64,000 nucleotides of DNA from Clostridiales bacterium (GTDB lineage: Bacteria; Bacillota; Clostridia; Saccharofermentanales; Saccharofermentanaceae). The stretch lies in the NCBI GenBank assembly GCA_017529925.1, contig JAFXMZ010000025.1, positions 407 through 64,406 of the forward strand. Reading direction: 5' to 3'. Below, in pieces: positions 1 to 8,335 of the stretch; the first letter of the stretch is position 1; each line of letters starts with the position of its first letter. A program made the translations under genes and the position numbers. The notes beneath the pieces were generated by a model that was not told where the DNA came from, ran no database searches, and saw only the letters and a list, made by a program, of their open reading frames with translations.

Positions 1-21
1 AGATGTAAGGAGGCGATGATC

Positions 22-954
22 ATGAAGATAATCAGTATGAATTGTCCAAATTGCGGAGCATCGATCAACACACAGACTGAATCATCAAGGATTTTTTGTT
101 CTGCGTGCGGAAGTCAGTTATCTGTCGAGGATGCTCAGACTGTCGGTTATGACATGGAGAAGGGAAGGATCAAGGCTAAGATCGATTCCAATAAAGATAC
201 GATCAGGATACTTGAACAGATTAAGATGCCACTGACTCATTATGATTCTCTCATCAAGGAGTTAGGTAGAGCAAAAAGTGATCTGAATCTATCCTTATCT
301 GAACAGCAGACAATGATAGCTAATTATGGTTCTGCGGGGGAAATAGCAAAGCCTTTCGGAATATCATTGGTCGTGGCTCTGTTAGCGTGCTGGATAGGGG
401 GAATCGTAGGTGCAATTATAAGTGCTGTGGCAGCATTAGTGATCGTAGTTGCAATGGGTAATGCTCAGAATCAGGCAAGGATACAGACAGCATGTCTTGT
501 TGAACAACGCACCAAAGATTGTATCAAGATCGAGGAAAAAGTAGCGGATACTGAACGGATTCTCAATGATAAGGAGAATAATAAAGTTGCAAGACAGATC
601 CCTGAGTCTATGAGAAATGAAAAATCCATAGATTATATGATACAAAAACTAAACAACCAGACTGTATACTCATTAGCCCAAGCTGTTGCTTTATGCAAAG
701 AGAAAAAAGAGAGGGAGAATTTCCTTTCTACTCAGCAGAAAATGATCGAACAGCAGAGAAGACAGCTGGATGAGATGAAGGCGCTTCAGGCTGCAAATGC
801 TCAGAACGGGAAGGTTATTAATGTGACAAACGTAACCTACAAGAAACCTGGGCTTGGTGGTATAGCAGCTAGGGCAGCGGCTGATACTGCGGGGCGATAT
901 GCCGGTTATAAGGCAGCCGACAAGATTTTCAACGAATTGAGAAAGAGGGTGTGA
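22..954 (+). CDS. zinc-ribbon membrane protein, function unknown
   Basis: ORF 16..954. The ATG at 22 lies 8 nt after AAGGAGG (7-13). N-terminal CPNCG-x17-CSACG ribbon, hydrophobic hairpin GISLVVALLACWIGGIVGAIISAVAALVIVVAMG, Q/E/K-rich coiled-coil-like C-terminal half. Confidence 0.75.
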   Translation: MKIISMNCPNCGASINTQTESSRIFCSACGSQLSVEDAQTVGYDMEKGRIKAKIDSNKDTIRILEQIKMPLTHYDSLIKELGRAKSDLNLSLSEQQTMIANYGSAGEIAKPFGISLVVALLACWIGGIVGAIISAVAALVIVVAMGNAQNQARIQTACLVEQRTKDCIKIEEKVADTERILNDKENNKVARQIPESMRNEKSIDYMIQKLNNQTVYSLAQAVALCKEKKERENFLSTQQKMIEQQRRQLDEMKALQAANAQNGKVINVTNVTYKKPGLGGIAARAAADTAGRYAGYKAADKIFNELRKRV

Positions 955-956
955 TC

Positions 957-1226
957 ATGAAACTCGAAAAAGGTAAATGCACATTCTGTGGCGGAGACGT
1001 ATTTCTTGATCCAAGTGTAAAGTCGAGTTTATGCAAAAACTGTGGTTCCGTAATAAAAACAGATGATGTCTTGAATCCACAGGAAGGAATCCAAACAAGA
1101 GATATTTCAACACTGTCTTTTGTGGAAAAGCTGAAGCTGTACTACAACGATATGAATTCTGTTAAAGGATGGTCGATTGCTGTCGGAGTAGTCATTGTGT
1201 TGTTTGTGATCATACACTACGTATAA
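957..1226 (+). CDS. small zinc-ribbon protein with C-terminal TM anchor
   Basis: ORF 951..1226 overlaps the upstream stop (GTGATCATGA). CTFCG-x17-CKNCG ribbon and C-terminal hydrophobic helix WSIAVGVVIVLFVIIHYV. Confidence 0.65.
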   Translation: MKLEKGKCTFCGGDVFLDPSVKSSLCKNCGSVIKTDDVLNPQEGIQTRDISTLSFVEKLKLYYNDMNSVKGWSIAVGVVIVLFVIIHYV

Positions 1227-1241
1227 TGAGGGGTAACTATA

Positions 1242-1574
1242 ATGAAGTTTTGTCCTAACTGTGGAAATAAGATAACTGGTAATCCGAGGTTCTGTTCTGA
1301 GTGTGGCTCGATTCTTGGGCATGATGAAGTAGAGTCAGATGATACGGATTATGAAGGGACTTATAGAAAGATGACCGAAGAGGATGAAGATGATGATTAT
1401 GTCCCATTCGGTGAAGCGGACCGTTACGATAGTACATCTGTAGACAGTTCATATCAGGATCAGGATTATACGGGATATTACAGTTCTCCTGCACCGGAAC
1501 CGCCTGTATCCCAGCCTCCGGTCATAGTCCAGGTTCAGGAAAAGAAAAAACAGCCGATGATAGATGGCATCTGA
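1242..1574 (+). CDS. zinc-ribbon protein with acidic disordered tail
   Basis: CPNCG-x9-CSECG at the N-terminus; the rest is D/E/Y/P-rich low complexity. Only a 15-nt gap to the upstream gene. Confidence 0.6.
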   Translation: MKFCPNCGNKITGNPRFCSECGSILGHDEVESDDTDYEGTYRKMTEEDEDDDYVPFGEADRYDSTSVDSSYQDQDYTGYYSSPAPEPPVSQPPVIVQVQEKKKQPMIDGI

Positions 1575-1585
1575 TAAAACAGACT

Positions 1586-1774
1586 GTGTATCTTCACAAG
1601 TATTATCCGGTCACGAATAAACTAATTGCTATAGAGAATCAGGGGGAGGGCGATTACTATTTGGTCGATGATGACGACAATGTCTTTGAATATGATTCTG
1701 AGATAGATGAGCTAATAAATTTACATATGAAGCTTAATGATTATATTGTATCTCGTTTTGAAAGTATTCGGTGA
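1586..1774 (+). CDS. small acidic protein; resembles the C-terminal third of SMI1/KNR4 (SUKH-type) immunity proteins
   Basis: 62-codon ORF with a GTG start and no clear RBS. The segment IAIENQGEGDYYLVDDDDNVFEYDSEIDEL looks like a SUKH C-terminal motif. May be a truncated remnant. Confidence 0.3.
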   Translation: MYLHKYYPVTNKLIAIENQGEGDYYLVDDDDNVFEYDSEIDELINLHMKLNDYIVSRFESIR

Positions 1775-1879
1775 TATGATTACTTAAAAAGCTAAATGGA
1801 ACAAAAAGAATTGCATTAACCTAAAGAGATAACAATATACCACTTACACTAACACCAGTTCAAAACAGAGTAGCCATTG

Positions 1880-1921
1880 TATCATTGTGATGATATAATG
1901 GCTATATCATTGCAATGATAT
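1880..1921 (+). promoter_or_regulatory. promoter -10 (TATAAT 1894-1899) flanked by two palindromic operators
   Basis: TATCAT-TGTG-ATGATA at 1880-1895 and ATATCAT-TGCA-ATGATAT at 1904-1921, directly upstream of RBS AGGAGAGG and the ATG at 1932. Confidence 0.6.
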
Positions 1922-1931
1922 AGGAGAGGTT

Positions 1932-2627
1932 ATGAAGAGGGTTTTGTACCATGGAAGTGATCATATTGTCGGGATGCCTTCGCTGACGATGGGGTCTCTT
2001 TCCAACGACTATGGCCGCGGATTCTATTGCACTGAAATAGAGTCGATGGCGTGCGAGTGGGCCTGTAAAAAACAGACGAACGGTTTTGTAAATCGGTATG
2101 AGCTGGGTGAAGAAGATCTCAGGATACTTGATCTGGCTGATGGTAACCATACGGTCCTGAACTGGATAGCCGTCCTTCTTAAGAACCGCTCATTTAAGCT
2201 GAACTCTCCAATTGCTCAGGATGCCCGCGATTATCTTGTAAAGAACTTCGGCATCGACACACATCGCTATGATCTTATCAAGGGATACCGTGCGGATGAT
2301 TCATACTTTCAATATGCAGAATCTTTTGTAAGCAACACACTGCCGCTTCGAAGTCTGAACCGTGCTCTGATGCTCGGGAAACTGGGGATGCAGACTGCAC
2401 TTGTGTCGAAGAAGGCTTTCGATAAGCTCAGCTTTATCGATGCATACCAGGCGGATGTGTCGACATGGTTTCCACGGTTTAATGACAGAGATACTGAAGC
2501 GAGAAAGGCATATAAAGACGAAGTGGCGAACAGCAGGACGTATAGAGATGATATCTATATGCTCGACATCTTAAGAGAGGGGATCAGGAACGATGACCCG
2601 CGCATACAACGAATTATACTTAAGTGA
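1932..2627 (+). CDS. DUF3990-like protein (possible ADP-ribosyltransferase-fold protein)
   Basis: The N-terminus VLYHGSDHIV...GRGFYCTEIESMA...KGYRADDSYFQY matches my recollection of the DUF3990 family. The HGS / GFY motifs resemble the H-Y motifs of PARP/DarT-type ARTs. Confidence 0.7.
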   Translation: MKRVLYHGSDHIVGMPSLTMGSLSNDYGRGFYCTEIESMACEWACKKQTNGFVNRYELGEEDLRILDLADGNHTVLNWIAVLLKNRSFKLNSPIAQDARDYLVKNFGIDTHRYDLIKGYRADDSYFQYAESFVSNTLPLRSLNRALMLGKLGMQTALVSKKAFDKLSFIDAYQADVSTWFPRFNDRDTEARKAYKDEVANSRTYRDDIYMLDILREGIRNDDPRIQRIILK

Positions 2628-3240
2628 TGCCAAGGATAACCTGGCGGATTATTTCGACTATCTGGTAAATGACTGCGGCTTTGACATTGATTGGGCCGCG
2701 ATGCTTTTCGAGGTGTCAGGGTATGCTTATATGTTTGAGAGCGGGAATCCTTATGTGCTGTCGGGGATGTCAGGAGTCGAGCTTGCCCGGGAGGTCGTAA
2801 AGAAGACATATCAGGGAAAGGAACTGCCGGAGCCGACATATCCCGAGGAGCTTTCGCCCGAGTACTGGGCGGGATGGGCGCTTGCGGAGTATCAGTGGTA
2901 CAGCGGGCGGCGGTTTAAGGATATCCTGGAGCATGTGAAGATGAATGAGATCCTTTCGATGTATAAGGTCTATCATGAAATGGATATCACCCAGTTCATC
3001 GACGAGATGGAGAGGCGGTGTTCGCAGAATAACGGTGAATCGCGGCTCAAGAAGCTGCGTGAGAACAGGGGATTGTCACAGTCTCAGCTCGCCGAAAGGT
3101 CGGGTGTCGGGCTGAGGTCGATACAGATGTATGAGCAGCGTGTCAATGATATAGATAAGGCTCAGGCGCAGACGATATATAAGCTGTCCAGGGCGATAGG
3201 GTGCAGGATGGAGGATCTGATGGAGGATCCGAGGGCGTGA
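2593..3240 (+). CDS. DUF3791-like N-terminal domain fused to a C-terminal XRE-family helix-turn-helix
   Basis: Overlaps the upstream gene by 35 nt. C-terminal LKKLRENRGLSQSQLAERSGVGLRSIQMYEQRVNDIDKAQAQTIYKLSRAIGC is a typical XRE HTH. Confidence 0.7.
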   Translation: MTRAYNELYLSDAKDNLADYFDYLVNDCGFDIDWAAMLFEVSGYAYMFESGNPYVLSGMSGVELAREVVKKTYQGKELPEPTYPEELSPEYWAGWALAEYQWYSGRRFKDILEHVKMNEILSMYKVYHEMDITQFIDEMERRCSQNNGESRLKKLRENRGLSQSQLAERSGVGLRSIQMYEQRVNDIDKAQAQTIYKLSRAIGCRMEDLMEDPRA

Positions 3241-3342
3241 ATTGATCAGAACTGTCTTCATCTACTATTCATTAATACTATTATCTCTGGAATACGTATT
3301 ATACGTGCTATAATGTGAGTAGTCATGTTAGTGGAGGCGTAG

Positions 3343-3387
3343 ATGAAGGTATCGGAGATGAAGAAACTTCTCAGACAAACAGGGTAA
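3343..3387 (+). pseudogene. hicA: hicA toxin remnant (14 codons, MKVSEMKKLLRQTG-stop)
   Basis: Not in the ORF track. Begins like HicA (MKxxExxKxLxxxGW) behind the TATAAT at 3309-3314, then stops 4 nt before the hicB ORF. Confidence 0.45.
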
Positions 3388-3400
3388 CGAGGTGGTAAAA

Positions 3401-3808
3401 ATGGGAAAGATCTCTATGTATGCATATCCGGCAATAATGACACCTGAGGATGAAGGCGGATACTATATTCATTTTCCTGATTTTGAAAACTGTTATACAT
3501 ATGGAAATGATATCCTTCACGGGTTGGTGATGGCAGAAGATGCACTGGCTCTGTTTCTTTATACGGAATATGAGGAGAAGGGGATCGAGCCGCCTGTTCG
3601 GACTGAGATCAAAGATATCAAGCTCAAGGCTGATGAGTTTGCTTCTTACGTAATCTGTGATACGAAGAGATACAGGAGACGGTTCGGGACTAAAGCTGTC
3701 AAGAAGACACTGACGATTCCTGAGTGGCTTAATGATGCTGCCATGGAGCAGAAGATCAACTTCTCTAAGGTGTTGCAGGAAGCGCTGATGGAAAAGCTCG
3801 AGGTGTAA
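3401..3808 (+). CDS. hicB: HicB-family antitoxin with C-terminal ribbon-helix-helix
   Basis: YAYPAIMTPEDEGGYYIHFPDFENCYTYGNDILHGLVMAEDALALFLY is a HicB N-domain. The C-terminal KKTLTIPEWLNDAAMEQKINFSKVLQEALMEKL is RHH-like. The ATG at 3401 follows GAGGTGG. Confidence 0.75.
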   Translation: MGKISMYAYPAIMTPEDEGGYYIHFPDFENCYTYGNDILHGLVMAEDALALFLYTEYEEKGIEPPVRTEIKDIKLKADEFASYVICDTKRYRRRFGTKAVKKTLTIPEWLNDAAMEQKINFSKVLQEALMEKLEV

Positions 3809-3846
3809 GTAACTGAGAGGAAAGTGTCTGCTGTATTTGGCAGAAT

Positions 3847-3875
3847 TAAAAAAGGCGGCCGGAGCCGCCTTTTGT
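3847..3875. terminator. bidirectional intrinsic terminator
   Basis: AAAAAAA-GGCGGC-CGGA-GCCGCC-TTTT between convergent genes. Confidence 0.7.
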
Positions 3876-3892
3876 TATGCCGTTATTATTCT

Positions 3893-5038
3893 TTAGTATC
3901 TGTCGCCGGTGCAGAAGTAGTTGCCGGTCGACAGGTCGGTTACGACGTAGACGTGGTCGTCGTTGTAGATCAGAAGATTATTGTACATCCTGAAGCCGTC
4001 GCCGTAGACCATGATAACGCGGGAGCTTCCGGTCGCGTAGTAGTCTTCGACCTGCTTGATCCTTGCGTCGATGTCGGACTTCATGCGGTTCACTTCTTCA
4101 GAATGTGCCTTCCCGAGGGGAGATTGTTCTTCGAAGAGGACGCTGTAGCCGCGGAGTTCATATTCGTCGACGTCATAGCCGTTGTTCCAGAGCTCATCGC
4201 CGAGGTGCTCGTTGACAGGTTTCTGAAGTGACTCGTGAACGAAGTGAGACTGGGTGACCCATTCGCTGTAGTCGCCATCGTCGTAGAGGTCGTCGAGGGC
4301 GTCTGTGACTTTGTTGAACTGCTTCATTTCGCAGTGGAAGAGCTTGTTAATGTCGCCGTACGGATAGGTGCTGATCTTACTGACTGAGTTGTCTTTCAGG
4401 GCGCGTTCGGAATGATCCATCAGATTGATGTATTCCTTGACTGCCGAGTCGATCCTTGCGGGGAAGACCGCGAAGACGAAGACAAGGAGAACTGCGGGTG
4501 CGATCATCGAAAGGAGACCGCCGATAACTGAGAGCTTTGTCTTTTTTCTGATGCAGAAGAAAAAGATGCCGAGGAGGGCGACAAAGCAGATGCCGGAGAT
4601 CGCTGTTGTTATCATGCTCTTGTCTCTGTGGTAGAACTCAGGGCATGCGATGAGGAAGACGACCGTTCCGATCACCGCGATGAGGCCGAAGATGAGCGGG
4701 AGGATCGACTTTTTCTTCTGCTTTCCGGAGGGAGCTGCAGGTGCGGCGTAAGCAGGAGCCGCAGGGTAGGCGGGTACTCCCGGAACAGCAGGTGTGACAG
4801 GTGCTGTGGGCGCAGGGACTGCCGGTGCGACCGGAGCTTCAGGCACAGGAGCGACCGGTGCTGCGGGCGCTGTTGCTGTAGAAGCTGCGGGTGCGGGAAC
4901 TGCCGCGGGTGCTTCCGCTGCCACCTCAGCCTTCGCCTCGGCCGCATTCGGTATCTCCATGGTTATAACAGGTGTTCCGCAATAGGTGCAGAACTTTATT
5001 CCGTCGGGAATCTGCTTTCCGCAGTTGCAGCAATACAT
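3893..5038 (-). CDS. zinc-ribbon membrane protein with Pro/Ala-rich linker and extracytoplasmic domain
   Basis: CCNCG-x9-CTYCG at the N-terminus, about 90 aa of A/P/V low complexity, three hydrophobic helices, then a 190-aa C-terminal domain. Confidence 0.75.
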   Translation of the reverse strand: MYCCNCGKQIPDGIKFCTYCGTPVITMEIPNAAEAKAEVAAEAPAAVPAPAASTATAPAAPVAPVPEAPVAPAVPAPTAPVTPAVPGVPAYPAAPAYAAPAAPSGKQKKKSILPLIFGLIAVIGTVVFLIACPEFYHRDKSMITTAISGICFVALLGIFFFCIRKKTKLSVIGGLLSMIAPAVLLVFVFAVFPARIDSAVKEYINLMDHSERALKDNSVSKISTYPYGDINKLFHCEMKQFNKVTDALDDLYDDGDYSEWVTQSHFVHESLQKPVNEHLGDELWNNGYDVDEYELRGYSVLFEEQSPLGKAHSEEVNRMKSDIDARIKQVEDYYATGSSRVIMVYGDGFRMYNNLLIYNDDHVYVVTDLSTGNYFCTGDRY

Positions 5039-5253
5039 ATCATTATCCCCCTCTTTTATGAGTCGGCGTCTGTGCGCCTTTAACGACTACAATTATAATC
5101 TTTGTGAGGTTTTCTTCCAAGTGCAGGGGGAGCCTTTTGTTAATCTGTTAAAAACGATGCCGCGCCGCAGGACGATGAGTGCCCCTGTATGCTAAAATAT
5201 GTTTTATATAGGCTTTTCGAAATGCTCAGGCATCAGTAGAGGGAACAGACATT

Positions 5254-7968
5254 ATGAAGAAGATAACAGCTCTGATATTAAGCGCCGTGATGGCGGCAGG
5301 GATCGCGGGAGCAGTACCCGCTGTGGCAGCAGATACGACCGACGTCCTTACAGTCTTTGAGACGGAGGCGACTTCGACGACATACGTCGACTGGACTTTC
5401 GACGAAACGGAATCCGGCGCGGTCTACAGCGGCAACTCCGCCAGGAGCAGCACATATGCCATCCAGATGAGGAGTAAGAACAACAATTCAGGTATCGTTA
5501 CGACAACTTCGGGCGGATATGCTTCGAAGGTCGAGGTCGAGTGGGATGAGTCGGCAACGACGGGTACCATCTATGTCTACGGAAAGTCGTCCGCCTATTC
5601 TGCGGCATCGGATCTTTACCAGGAATCGACGCGCGGCACTCTGATCGGCAGCATTGCATGCGGGACTGATACCGAGCTCGAGATAGAAGACAGTTATGAA
5701 TATATCGGTCTCAGGTCGGCCAGCGGCGCGATCTACCTTCAGTCCGTGAGCATCACGTGGGGTGACGGATCGTCGGTGCCTGTGGAGAAGTGCAGTGTCA
5801 CTTTCGATGCGGGCGGAGGAACAGGCAGTATGAAGTCTGTCTCCGTCTCGAAAAACGCAGACTACACACTTCCTGAATGTTCGTTTGCGGCACCGTCGGG
5901 TATGCGTTTCGCCGGGTGGCAGGTGCCGGGCGGCGCGGTCAGGATGCCGGGTCAGGTGATCACTGTTACGGCCGACACGACTCTGACTGCCGTGTGGGCT
6001 CAGAAGACCTCCGGACCTGAGTTCACCGATAATATCGATGTGGAACTCCTCGGCGTCGGGGGCTCGTACGATGTCTGGTCCGGCAAGGTGTCCAGCAGCA
6101 ACGCGGTCTATGCAGGCAAGGCCATGAAGGGCAAGAATGCGATCCAGCTCAACGGCAGGAACGATATCGGCATCGTGACTACGTCTTCGGGCGGCAGCGC
6201 GCGCAGGATCGAGTTCTTCTGGAATGCCGACTGCACGGCGGGCACCACGGTAAATATCTACGGCAAGGATACGCCATATGAGAGCGCCGCAGATCTTTAT
6301 TACACCTCGAAAAGCGGCACCCCCGTCGCCAGTACGCTCTCTTCCTCAGGATCGTCTTCAGTCGTCGTCCTGGACGGTGATGTCCCGTATATCGGCATTA
6401 AGCCCTCCAATGCGGTCTATATCGACGAGATCAGGATCACATGGGAGTCCGACGACCCGGATCAGGAGACATACACTGTGACCCTTGCACCCGGAGACGG
6501 ACAGGGGGAGAAGACCACGGTGAAGGTCGTTGCTGGGCACTCCTTTAAGCTTCCCGCATGCAGTTTCACGGCGCCGGAGGGGATGCTTTTCGACGGGTGG
6601 AAACAGAAGGGGACAACGGATGTCTGCGCAGCCGGGACTCATGTACCGGTCATTGGAAATACAACATATATCGCTTCGTATGTCCGGGCGAAAGATCAGT
6701 TCCCCAGCATGCCGTCAGGCAGCAGCTCGTATTCGACGGTCAACGTGAATACTTTTTCGGATATGCCGCACGGGACGGTTGCCTACAGGGTGATAAAGCG
6801 TGGAACGAACGGTTATGCCATAAAGATGGATGCGGAGGACCTGAACAGGTTTTCTTTCGGACAGCTCAATTCTTCGGATCTGGACGAGATCATAATATGC
6901 CTGCCGCAGGGTTATACGCTCTCGGGGAATACGGGCATCATCCATTCTTCGGACGGGCCTTACAGGCTCACTGATTACAACGGGATAAATACTCCCTTGA
7001 AGATCGTGGACACCGTGATCGATACCGACTACGATCCGCGCGATACATCGCTCGCATGCGGTTACCGTGTATGCTTCGGAGGGAAGAACGATATCAGCGC
7101 CGTCTATAATGCCGGCAGCAGGGTCGAAGGAATGTCTCTGAGCCTCGGAGGCGATATCGGAGTCCGTCTCTATATGACATTGAGCGATGCGGCTGTAGCG
7201 AGCAACAATGCCTATATGGAATTCACGCTCCCCGACGGAAGCAGGTCTACGGTCAATGTAGGAGAGGCAGAGCGCGACGGCGACTATTATGTCTTTAAGT
7301 GTCATGTGAAGGCGAGTGAGATGACGCAGGTCATCGAGGCGAGGATGGTCGTTGACGGTCATCCCGGAGAAGCCTACAGTTTTACGGTGCGTGATTACGC
7401 GGAATATATCCTCGAGCACACCGAAAAGCCTGAGTATGCCAAGGCGGAGCCGCTCGTCAGGGCAATGCTCAACTACGGGGCATATGCACAGGAGTATTTC
7501 AAGGTGCCGGGCATGAGGGCTGACTGGAATTATGAGGATGAGACGATGGGGCATATTTCATATGACGATATCGATATAGATGATTATACTGACCCTTCTG
7601 ATCTTCCGGACGATGTAAGATTTACATATGCATCGCTGTCCCTGAAGTCAGAGACGACGCTGTCACTATACTTCGATTCCGAGGAGGAACTGGGATTCAG
7701 ATCTTTTGGTGGAAAGACCGTCGATGTATCGCATGAGGGGAATCATTATGTTGCCCGCATACGGGGCATACGTGCCGATGAACTCGGCGATACATTTAAT
7801 CTTACGATATCCAACCCGAACGGGAACATAGGTGTCAGGTACAGCCCGATGAACTACTGCTACAATGTACTGAAGTCGGATTCGACTTCCATTACTCACA
7901 AGTATGTTATCGAGGCATTGTACAAGTATTATCAGGCGGCAGCTGCGTATACAGGGAAAGAGCCGTGA
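5254..7968 (+). CDS. secreted multidomain surface protein (two N-terminal repeats, each followed by a Listeria-Bacteroides-type repeat; shared C-terminal module)
   Basis: Signal peptide MKKITALILSAVMAAGIAGAVPAVAA. Two VTFDAGGGTG...FAGWQ / YTVTLAPGDGQG...FDGWK repeats. The C-terminal roughly 300 aa is homologous to the C-termini of 53661..55997 and 8644..9051. Confidence 0.85.
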   Translation: MKKITALILSAVMAAGIAGAVPAVAADTTDVLTVFETEATSTTYVDWTFDETESGAVYSGNSARSSTYAIQMRSKNNNSGIVTTTSGGYASKVEVEWDESATTGTIYVYGKSSAYSAASDLYQESTRGTLIGSIACGTDTELEIEDSYEYIGLRSASGAIYLQSVSITWGDGSSVPVEKCSVTFDAGGGTGSMKSVSVSKNADYTLPECSFAAPSGMRFAGWQVPGGAVRMPGQVITVTADTTLTAVWAQKTSGPEFTDNIDVELLGVGGSYDVWSGKVSSSNAVYAGKAMKGKNAIQLNGRNDIGIVTTSSGGSARRIEFFWNADCTAGTTVNIYGKDTPYESAADLYYTSKSGTPVASTLSSSGSSSVVVLDGDVPYIGIKPSNAVYIDEIRITWESDDPDQETYTVTLAPGDGQGEKTTVKVVAGHSFKLPACSFTAPEGMLFDGWKQKGTTDVCAAGTHVPVIGNTTYIASYVRAKDQFPSMPSGSSSYSTVNVNTFSDMPHGTVAYRVIKRGTNGYAIKMDAEDLNRFSFGQLNSSDLDEIIICLPQGYTLSGNTGIIHSSDGPYRLTDYNGINTPLKIVDTVIDTDYDPRDTSLACGYRVCFGGKNDISAVYNAGSRVEGMSLSLGGDIGVRLYMTLSDAAVASNNAYMEFTLPDGSRSTVNVGEAERDGDYYVFKCHVKASEMTQVIEARMVVDGHPGEAYSFTVRDYAEYILEHTEKPEYAKAEPLVRAMLNYGAYAQEYFKVPGMRADWNYEDETMGHISYDDIDIDDYTDPSDLPDDVRFTYASLSLKSETTLSLYFDSEEELGFRSFGGKTVDVSHEGNHYVARIRGIRADELGDTFNLTISNPNGNIGVRYSPMNYCYNVLKSDSTSITHKYVIEALYKYYQAAAAYTGKEP

Positions 7969-8141
7969 TCCGGACGCCCCGAGATGTTCGGGCCCGCCTG
8001 TTTACGCAGGCAGTCGCGCATAAAGGGAAAGCGTGATATACTATTGCACGGTCGGCAGGATGGTCATCTGCCGTCAGGGTACTGCCGTAAGGAGTAAGCC
8101 TTGTTCGGATTTGGATCGATCAGATAAGTGCCGGCGGCCGA

Positions 8142-8217
8142 CGAGGTGTAGCGCAGTTGGTAGCGTACGTGCTTTGGGAGCATGGGGTCGCAGGTTCGAA
8201 TCCTGTCACCTCGACCA
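8142..8217 (+). tRNA. tRNA-Pro (anticodon UGG), CCA encoded
   Basis: Acceptor CGAGGTG/CACCTCG, D-arm TAGCGCAGTTGGTAGCG, anticodon loop CTTTGGGAG, T-arm GGTTCGAATCC, 3' ACCA. Confidence 0.9.
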
Positions 8218-8224
8218 GAAGAAA

Positions 8225-8257
8225 AGCCCGCAGTAATTGGGACTGCGGGCTCTTTTG
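8225..8257 (+). terminator. intrinsic terminator after tRNA-Pro
   Basis: AGCCCGCAGT-AATTGGG-ACTGCGGGCT followed by CTTTTG. Confidence 0.75.
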
Positions 8258-8335
8258 TTAAGCTATCATGCGTCAGAAGACGATGTAAAAAGACGCGGTG
8301 AGTACGCGGCTTGGTGCAGGTTGATCCAGGACCGA

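Noticed and set aside
3824-5083. Plus-strand ORFs 3824..4231, 4425..4634, 4628..5083 and 4794..4985
   Set aside because: Antisense to the 381-aa zinc-ribbon membrane protein. The Ala/Pro-rich linker keeps several frames open.
6715-7554. 279-aa minus-strand ORF and several 60-140-aa ORFs at 6278-6974
   Set aside because: They lie inside the 904-aa surface-protein gene, which has a signal peptide, repeats and paralog support.
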